51,311 nucleotides of DNA, from positions 1 through 51,311 of the forward strand of contig JAGAKV010000059.1 of the NCBI GenBank assembly GCA_017625505.1, given 5' to 3'. Positions 1-9,100 of the stretch are shown one piece after another (the stretch's first letter is position 1; each line of letters starts with the position of its first letter). This stretch comes from Clostridia bacterium (GTDB lineage Bacteria > Bacillota > Clostridia > Christensenellales > UBA1242). Made by a program: the position numbers and the translations under genes. Below the pieces are notes generated by a model. That model did not search any database and was not told where the DNA came from. It saw only the letters and a list, made by a program, of their open reading frames with translations.

Positions 1-177
1 AAAACTTTCTGCATGTTCTTTTGTATATGGAAATGGTACAGTTAAATTTTTTGCTGTATCAAAATCATTTAAGCCTTCAACCATATCGTATTTATCAGAT
101 AATTGCCATTTTCTTAAAATTAATCTTTCAGTTTCTATTATTATATATACCCCACATTTACTTTTTAAGTTTATCAT
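1..177 (-). CDS. GNAT (RimJ/RimL-type) N-acetyltransferase, 5' part only (runs off window)
   Basis: Not in the ORF track. Manual minus-strand translation gives ...IIIETERLILRKWQLSDKYDMVEGLNDFDTAKNLTVPFPYTKEHAESF, with the IETERLILR and PxPYT motifs typical of Acetyltransf_3. Start uncertain (ATG at 177 or a downstream ATA after GGGGT). Confidence 0.75.
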   Translation of the reverse strand, partial: MINLKSKCGVYIIIETERLILRKWQLSDKYDMVEGLNDFDTAKNLTVPFPYTKEHAESF

Positions 178-210
178 ATTTCAAAAAAATTCCAAAATAA
201 TCTTGAAAGA

Positions 211-245
211 AAAATACGAACTCCAATATGTTATTGGTGTTCGTA
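211..245 (-). terminator. Probable intrinsic terminator after tRNA-Ser
   Basis: Imperfect hairpin TACGAACTCCAAT/ATTGGTGTTCGTA followed by a T-run on the minus strand. Confidence 0.55.
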
Positions 246-256
246 CAATTCGCTTG

Positions 257-349
257 TGGCGGAGATGGAGGGATTCGAACCCCCGTACCGGGATTAACCG
301 GTAAACGCATTTCGAGTGCGCCTCGTTATGACCACTTCGATACATCTCC
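257..349 (-). tRNA. tRNA-Ser(CGA)
   Basis: GGAGATG acceptor stem, anticodon arm GCGCA-CT-CGA-AA-TGCGT, long variable arm, GTTCGAATC T-loop, encoded CCA. Confidence 0.96.
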
Positions 350-553
350 ATTGCAGTTATTATAGCACAATTTAAAAGATTTCGCAAGAAAAGAAGAAAA
401 TCATTTGTCTTTTTTTTATTTTTTTCATATACTTGTAATAGATTATCATTGTCAAGAAGCATACATAAGATTAAACATATATTATTCCTGACAGCTATCA
501 CGAGAATATGATGGCAAAATTAATCGCCCCCCAAATTATTAAAAGGAAGTGCT

Positions 554-1486
554 ATGAAAAATAAAAAAATTAAAGTAATCATCGATACCGATCCTGGCGT
601 TGACGACACTGCGGGCCTCTTGCTTGCGCTCTATGACAAAAGACTCGACATCCAGCTTATTACAACCGTTGTTGGCAATGTCAAACTTAAAACAGCGACA
701 AGAAACGCTTTGCACATTCTTGACAAATTCAATATCGACATCCCTGTGGCAATGGGCGCGGAAAAGGCAATGCAACGCACAAGCCCAACAGCTGAGCACG
801 TGCATAAAAAGGAAGGTATGGGAGGATACATTCCACCTAAAACAACAAACCGCCAAGTTATTGAAGAAGATGCTGTTGAAGCTATGTATCGAGTTTTAAA
901 AGAAGGCAATGGAGATATTGAGCTTCTTGTTTTAGGACCACACACAAACGTTGGAACACTTTTTCAAAAACACCCTGACATTATAAGCAAAGTCCCTCGC
1001 GTAGTATTTATGGGAGGCTCTCCATTCGGCATTCCTGGTTTTCCTGATCACATATCATTCAACATTTCGTCCGACCCTGAAGCTTTTCAAATTGTCCTTG
1101 ACAGCAAACTCCCTCTTGTGATGGTACCTTCAAACATTGGCAGAAGAAAGGCACACCTCACTGAAGAGATTGTGCTAGGCATAAAAGAGCGAAATGACGT
1201 AGGTGCATTCTTGTTTGAAATGTTTGACCAATATTGGGAAAGAGGTTTCCCTGACAAACGCATTGCAACCAATGACACTTGCGCTTACATGTATATGGTT
1301 TATCCTGAGCTTTTTAAAATTGAACAGGCAGACATAGTCGTAGACTGCGACAAAGAACCTGGCAAAACTTTTGCACATTTCAATAAGAAAGGTCAGGTAA
1401 GCGTTGTGGTTGATGTGAAACGTAAAAAGTTTTTGAAGCTTATCGCAAAGATGATTAAAAGTTTCGACAAAATCAAATTTAATTAG
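554..1486 (+). CDS. Nucleoside hydrolase (IU-NH / RihC-like family)
   Basis: N-terminal DTDPGVDD motif, TTVVGN, LGPHTN, FNISSDPEA. Confidence 0.88.
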   Translation: MKNKKIKVIIDTDPGVDDTAGLLLALYDKRLDIQLITTVVGNVKLKTATRNALHILDKFNIDIPVAMGAEKAMQRTSPTAEHVHKKEGMGGYIPPKTTNRQVIEEDAVEAMYRVLKEGNGDIELLVLGPHTNVGTLFQKHPDIISKVPRVVFMGGSPFGIPGFPDHISFNISSDPEAFQIVLDSKLPLVMVPSNIGRRKAHLTEEIVLGIKERNDVGAFLFEMFDQYWERGFPDKRIATNDTCAYMYMVYPELFKIEQADIVVDCDKEPGKTFAHFNKKGQVSVVVDVKRKKFLKLIAKMIKSFDKIKFN

Positions 1487-1516
1487 ACAATTTTAGTAAT
1501 TTTATTGAATTTTTAT

Positions 1517-1545
1517 AAAAAAGAGGCAATTTTTGCCTCTTTTTT
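1517..1545. terminator. Bidirectional intrinsic terminator
   Basis: AAAAAAGAGGCAA-ttt-TTGCCTCTTTTTT between convergent genes. Confidence 0.85.
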
Positions 1546-1614
1546 GAATTTTAAAGCCATTTATCAGCAATTTGCTTACTTATTTTAATCAAACCACACT
1601 TCAAGAAATCAACA

Positions 1615-2700
1615 TTATTTACTTCCGTTTTTAAATAAATTCTGAAAATACAGTTCATTATATTTTACACGCTCATCATCAGGACGGAAGGACTTTGCCA
1701 GCTTGTGATATTTATACGATTCATCGCTATCCCCCAGCTGAGAATACAAAAAGCACAATTGAAGTGCAGGAAGAAATGTATAACACTCCCTATTGACAAA
1801 TCCACCTCCCTCAATTTCCACTTCGGCTGCAAGCGCCTGCTTATACCAATACACTGCATTCGTATAGTCTTTCAGACTCACAAACACATTGCCCACTTCA
1901 TATAAAATTTCACCTCGCGGCCTAGCATAGACAAAAGAGCCAAAAAGTGAATATAATGCCTTCTGATATTCCTTCTCTTGCTGATAACATTTTGCAAGAT
2001 TAAGACACGCTTCGACCTTATTTTCTACCCAACCATGATCCTCCGCTAGATATTTAGAAAATTCATGAATTGCTTCTTTTGTAAAACCATTAAAATATAA
2101 TTCTCTAGCATAATAAAACTGGTTCCGCGGCGAAAATTTCTCATTTTTATCAATCATTTTGCGATAAATACTTAAATTTCGTTGCGAAATGGACTTTTGT
2201 TTCTTATTATGATAAATTGCTATTTTTTCATTTCTCACAATACTTCCGCTGGGAGTAATCACCTCATGCACTCGATCACGCCAACGGAACTTCTTACTGT
2301 TTTTGACAATTCGCTCACGATAATATTCAAAAATCGGCACAAGGTTTTTGTCAAAAGTTACCACATATCGACACATTAACACATCAATTTTGTCGTCATA
2401 CTTCTTCCATTTTATTATCTCTTGTACACTTTCATCTGGCACAATATCGTCAGCATCAAGCCACATTATATACTCGCAAGAAGCCTGATCAAAACTAAAA
2501 TTTCTCGCTTTGGAAAAATCATCACACCACTTGAAAGTATATATTTTGTCGGTGTATTTTTTCGCGATTTCAATAGTCGCATCTTGCGAACCAGTATCCA
2601 CAATAATTATTTCATCAGCATAAGATTTTGCATTCTTCAAGCAATCATCAAGTGATTTTTCTTCGTTTTTAACAATTAAACATAAAGACAATTTTTTCAT
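1615..2700 (-). CDS. Family 2 glycosyltransferase with C-terminal TPR repeats
   Basis: LSLCLIVKNEE, VDTGSQD, DDFSKARNFSF, WLDADD (DxD), VHE motif, then helical TPR-like segments. Confidence 0.9.
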   Translation of the reverse strand: MKKLSLCLIVKNEEKSLDDCLKNAKSYADEIIIVDTGSQDATIEIAKKYTDKIYTFKWCDDFSKARNFSFDQASCEYIMWLDADDIVPDESVQEIIKWKKYDDKIDVLMCRYVVTFDKNLVPIFEYYRERIVKNSKKFRWRDRVHEVITPSGSIVRNEKIAIYHNKKQKSISQRNLSIYRKMIDKNEKFSPRNQFYYARELYFNGFTKEAIHEFSKYLAEDHGWVENKVEACLNLAKCYQQEKEYQKALYSLFGSFVYARPRGEILYEVGNVFVSLKDYTNAVYWYKQALAAEVEIEGGGFVNRECYTFLPALQLCFLYSQLGDSDESYKYHKLAKSFRPDDERVKYNELYFQNLFKNGSK

Positions 2701-3123
2701 AATAACCTAATACATTATATGTTTTTGTTTTTGTTCAGTTGAAAAATAAAAATATTAATATTTCTACATCTTCGAAAAATAAATAATTTAAAAAACAAAA
2801 TCAAATTAAAGACGTCACAGACAAAATTAATAATACTTAAATAAAATTAACAAAAATTAAATAAATTTTAAAATAATTAAGCAAAATATTGCTTAAAAAT
2901 TCGTTTTTTTTGATTTTTTTGCGTTTTTCTTAATTAATTAATATAATTTTAATTTATTTTCTTTTCTTGATTTCTCCTGCAGTAAAAAACATTTTTTAGT
3001 TTAAAAAGCATTTTTATGTGTATATTAATTATATATAAATATTATATATAATTTTGTCATTTTATTTTGTTTTTTGTAGGCTTTATGATAAAATAAAATT
3101 AATTAATTCATGAGAGGTGTTTT

Positions 3124-6100
3124 ATGAAAAAATTTAAAAACATAATTAAATATCTTGCATTGACTTTTACTTTTTTAGGAATAATTGGCGGAAGCTTTTT
3201 AATTGGCGAAAACGCAAACGAAGGATCAAAAATTGCATCCGCAGCTTTTTCATCACATACAGAAATATCAAACAACCTGCCCGACTATGTGGCAGTTGAT
3301 GGGCTGCACGGAAAAGACGTTAAAGATATTTTCCTCTTAAACAGTTCTTCATCAACGCTAGAATTGTCTATCGCAGAAGAGAAAGAAATCAAGAATATTG
3401 ACGACACAGACAAACTTAACCCTGCCTACTACACACAGGAAATACCTGACGGTCAGATTAACCCAAAAGAGTATTACTACTTCGATTTTTCTTCTTCACT
3501 CTCTCTTTATAAAGACCTTACCAACCAACAATACCTTGCTGGAGAAAAAGGAGAAAACCTTCTCAAATACCCTGAAGGTGTAAATCATATTACACAGTAC
3601 ACCACCCCTGGAAATTTCTCAATCGAAAACGGATATTTCTTTACACCACAAAGTTTACATATTTCATTTGGCCTCAACACGCTGCAAACTGACATCAGTT
3701 TTGACGGCGATAAAGTTCTGCTTAATGAAGAAGGTATTTATACTCTCATCATCCCAACAATCATTTATTATACAAACAACAGCGGTACAACTTTTACATC
3801 GATAGAACTTGATATCTGCTATACATTTATGGTTTTCAACTCTTCCACGTACTTTAAAAGTGAAGGTATCCAAAACGTTGACTTCTCTGCAAACTTACAA
3901 GGATCAACCGTTACCTCATTAGAAAACTACTCAATGTACTATTTCTACAATTATGCATATTCCACCGCTGATGCAAATTCTGTAAACACACTCCCAACTC
4001 TTATTTACAACAACAAACATTTCAAGATCAACATTAAACACACTGATGTTGATGACGATATTACAAATTACTACATTGAATACCAAAATGGCGAAATTCT
4101 GACATTAAACTCAGACGGACAAGCTCTTGCAGGCAAACTTCCAATTCACGCTGGTAGCACCACCAATGCAAACCAAACAAAAATCACATTTATTGATTTA
4201 GGTGAATACGAAATCAACTTTGACTATCTTTACATTGTTGACAAAGACGGTGCTACAACATCTTATAGCCTCCCTCTCAATGAAAATTTAACGGACAACA
4301 CATTTAAAAACAAGTCACAAAAAGTGTACGTATATGGCTATCAGGCAATGCTTTCAGACTATTCAAACCTAAATCCTGCCACAAACCAACCTGTTGACAA
4401 AGAAATTAAAACATTCACAATCAACGAGTCAACAAGCAAATATAACAAATCTGCTGATATTACAAGCGCAGTCAATCAATATGTAAATAACCTCAATTCA
4501 GATGCAGATACTACTAATAACATTGCAATTGTTGGCATTGACAGCGTAAACCCTTCAAGCAGCACACAATATGATTTAGAAACGCTTGAACAGGCAGCTG
4601 GCGATTACATTCAAACTGAAGTCGAACCTGTTTCAACCAACCAGCCTCCTATTAAATTTATTTCTAATGCAACCCTTGCAGAAAATGGAGAGGAAGATGA
4701 ACAAATTTATAGCAAAGTTTACACTGTGGGAGAGGATAAATCTCTGACGGCACTTGAGACATTTGATGGTTTCAATCAGAACACCGCGGGAACATACTGC
4801 TATATAATTCAATATCGTTATGATAATTACATGTCAACTTCTGGAACGCTGCAAGCAGGCAACTACCATTATCAAATTTTCTATTTTACCATCGAAAATA
4901 AAGTTCCATCAGTTTCAATCTATGAGGCTGATACCGACGAAAATGACTTCTTTGTTGATTTTAAAGAACTCTACACAAGAGGTTTTACAAACAAAAGTGT
5001 ATTTATTTTAAACAACGCTAAAAACAACGACTTCGACGCGACCGTTTCAATAACGTTGTCTGCGTACAATTACAATACAAATACATATTATTTCCAAAAT
5101 GTCCCACTCAACGGATTAACCGGAGTCGACCAAAACCTTGTATATCAAGTTTATCATGCAAATTTTGATAACAACAAAAATACCTATGATGAAAGTTTAT
5201 CGCAGGCTCAACAAGATGCCGGCGTTGACACTAAGTATGGCGTGCTTATCAGAAATACAGCTGCATATGCAAATGCTAGATTTACTGTAACAATCAGCTC
5301 TGCAGTGACAACTCAACCAAGCATTCAAACATTTACTATTGACACTCAATCAATTTCAAATGTCAACGCATTCAATGCAGAGAAAACAAACTCTTCATAC
5401 TTTATTCTTTCTGACGCAGTTGCTGCTAGCGGAATTACAAACCGCCCTATTGCAATGTCATGGAAAGAGAAGAATAGCGGCGCAGCAACTTATGGATATT
5501 TAAAACATATTCCATTCTCTGCGAAAGAGCTGCCTACTTCATCAACGTCCTTAGGACAATTCTTACGCGAGGAAGTAAACCTTCTGCCAGTTGCACATCA
5601 AATTGACTTCAGCAGCACATCGACATGGGCAGAATACACAAACTCTCAAACTTATTCTAGCAATATTCCTGCAACCAACGTTCGCACAGAAAACGGCATT
5701 TACATTCTTCAGATTTATGACGAAGCAGGAAATTACACCTTCAAAATCTTTATGATTGATAAGACAGCTCCAATCTTTGTAAAGAAAACCCAGGGAGATT
5801 TTGTAAATTACCAGCTAATTCAAAACAGTTCAAGCATATCTGTGCCTGATGAGTACACAAGCGTATCTATCATGTGGGCAAAACATAAAGGCATTTACGT
5901 TGGCCCTTCACTTTCTTTTGAAAAGGAATCAGATTATCAAGGATATACATATTCTGGAATTGAATGCTCATTTAAAGACACGTTGGATTCATTCCTTAAT
6001 GGAAAAACAAAATATGTTGAAAGCGTTGTTTCAAGTTCAGGCGATTTTGTCGGTCACTATTTCTTATCAAAAATTGAGGATGTGGCTTATGTAAAAGATC

Positions 6101-9100
6101 GTGCAACCACCTATCAAGCTCAAGCGTCCTCAACACACAGCTTCGAAATCAACTTCTTCAACACAGTCAACGGCGAACTTAGAGCGCATGAAGGAACCTG
6201 CAAAATCATTTTGCGAGATGCAAGCAATGGCTACACATTTACTGATCAACAATACGCTTATATCAACTATCCAAGCTCTTACCTGTCATTCAACATCACA
6301 AGCGACACTTCAAATTTCACCATTTATGAAAAGATTGGCAATCAGCAGAAAAATCTTGAGGGAGAAGCCTTCTCACAAGTGGCTGACTTGTACCTTAACG
6401 GTAGCAGTCTGACAACTACAAAAACAGACACACCAACTGATTTTGAAATTAAGTACAGCTACCTGCCATCAATCAAAACAAGCAATCCATTATATATCAG
6501 CTATGTTCCTTGTATATCAGATGAAATCAATCTTGACTTTGTTAACGTAAAATACTATCCATACGAGACCGTTTATAAAAAAGACGAAACAACCGGAACT
6601 TACTACTATTACAAAGACATCATAACAATTGATGAAAACGGTAAAGACAACTATCAAATCAGTGCCGACCTTTTCAAGAATACCGGTAATGGAAAATATA
6701 AACAAGGTGAAGAAGAGCATAAACTTCTCGCTTTCGGTTCTACTGACACTCCTCTTGCCGGAAAATACGTGATTACAAGACAATACATTTATAACAATGG
6801 GCAACAAGAATTAGACCCTACAACACTTTCTAATGCATACGATTATCTGATTAGGCAGTTTACCTTCTATGTCGACAACAACGGAATTATCTCTTCTCTG
6901 GAAAATATCAAAAATGAAGAAGGCGATAATGGTCTTGAAAGCGTTGTGGGTGGCGACATTGTGCTTAACATGCACAGCGGAAAAGGAAGCAGCGCGGTAT
7001 CAATATCATTCCCAAATTACAACTCCGTAGGCTTGAACGCAGGATCATTCTTCAGTCAGTCCTCATTTACAGATTCTTCAACCGTTTCTGTATCTCTTGA
7101 CACAAACAAACTTCCATTGTCACTATATATTCCAAAGTATAAATATACAATCAGCAGTATCAAAAATGAAGAAAATGGTTTTGATCTTTCAATCAACGAC
7201 AACCTCTCATACTTCGGAAATGTTGTAGTAAAACAAAATGGAGCAACCTATGATGTTGTCATCGAAAGCACACCTGAGTCAGAGGGCATACTTGTCACAT
7301 TAGGTAGCGGTTTCAGTTCACGTGAAGAGGCTTACGCATTTATGTATGGCGAGCCTGGAAACACTGCCCCTCTCAGTATCAGCGGCTATGAGCTGAGCGC
7401 ACAAATCACATGGATTGATCCAACAAACCAAAACAACAAAAAATATTATTCAACAAAGCCAATACCAAACACCGCACACTACGAAACGCAAGATGATTAT
7501 CTTATTTTCTACACCTGTCCAAACGGCTTTGGAAATGGTTATGGTGAAATACTTCAAAACCAACAATTTACTGATGTTGGAAAATATGAGGTTACCCTTT
7601 TCCAAAATGCAAATGATAAACAATCAAATATTTACTCTATCTACAAATTTGCATTTGAAATCACCTCAGCAAAACCAGATTTTGATATTGTCAATGTGGA
7701 AACTGGCTATAAACTTGAACGCGCTACCACAGAAGGTGCAAGTGAAATATATTACACCAATGCAGACAAGCTTAGAATTCAGTGGGAAGACCCTACCGAC
7801 CCTTATATGGCGAAAGTCAACCGCGCAAAAATCGCAATCAACGGAGAGTATATTTCTGCTGGCGGTCTTGGAATTGACTACAACTACACTATTGAAGACA
7901 TTTCTGAAACTTCTCACTTCTTCGAGCTGTACCCTAGCGAAGGCTGCGTTAACGCATTCAAGGAAGAAGGGCTTGAAATCACATTTGAATTTGAAAATCA
8001 TGGCAATTACTATCAAAAAGCTATCAAGAAAATTTACTTTGATATAGAAGCCCCAACAGCAAACCTTGAAGCTCTTATGGACATGACTGCGTCGTCAAGC
8101 GAGCTTTTCACTAAAGATTTGCAAAAGAGTCAAATGAGACAATATGTTGATTATTTAGGAGTGACCTTTAATCCAGTATCTGACAGAGATGAAAAAGGAA
8201 ATGAAAGAAAGGCAAGTTATATCTACAATGTAGACAGCGGCGTGTTTAGAAACTATTCATTTACTGTTGACAAGACATTCTTCCAAAACATTAAAGATTC
8301 TTTCTATAATTCATCAGAAGGACAGGTTATAAACGGATCACTGTTATCAGAGATTTATTATAGACAAATTGATGATATTCACACATACAATCAATCAAAT
8401 AAATCAACATTCTTAAGTAGTTTCTACACGTTACACGATACAAACATAGACTCATACTTTACAGGGCATAATCTTGGACGCTATTATGAAATCGTCGAAA
8501 CAGATTGGGCTGGAAACAAAACAATCTATGTAGTTTTCTTGATAGATGAATCAAACCAAGAAGCAAACCCTGCTCTGATTTACACTGACAATAAAACAGC
8601 AGCAGGCACTCTTGAGATTGTTACTGATGCACAGCTCAATGCAGATTCTAATTACAACATTTATGCAAACACAGGATTTAAACTTGCAAAAATTAATTAC
8701 AATAATGATGCTTGGATTTATTTTAAAGCGTACGTAAATGGGCAAGTTTCTCACTTCTTTGCTTCTCCATGGTTGGAAACAGCCGGTCAAGTTTATGAAA
8801 TTGTCAATAACGGTGGCATTCTTGAATATAAAACAGTCAACCTTGATGTTGAAACTCTTATTTCTGAGTCATCTCAAAGAAAACACTCCATTCTTCTCTC
8901 AAATCGTACACTTGGCATAAGTAAAACCTGCTATATCACAGTTATGGACGCATCTCTTGTGGTTGAAAAAATCACAGAGAATGTAGCAAACGATACCGTT
9001 AGTATTAGTATCAATATACCAACTGGCGAGCAAATAAATAGTGTTGATACGGGATATATTTACCCAGTAAAAATCAAAACAGAAAAATTTGTCGCTGGCA

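Noticed and set aside
181-501. 106-aa minus-strand ORF
   Set aside because: Overlaps tRNA-Ser; spurious.
7415-8047. 210-aa alternative-frame ORF inside the giant surface gene, and the other nested or antisense ORFs in the track
   Set aside because: No SD or motifs; explained by codon bias of the host genes.
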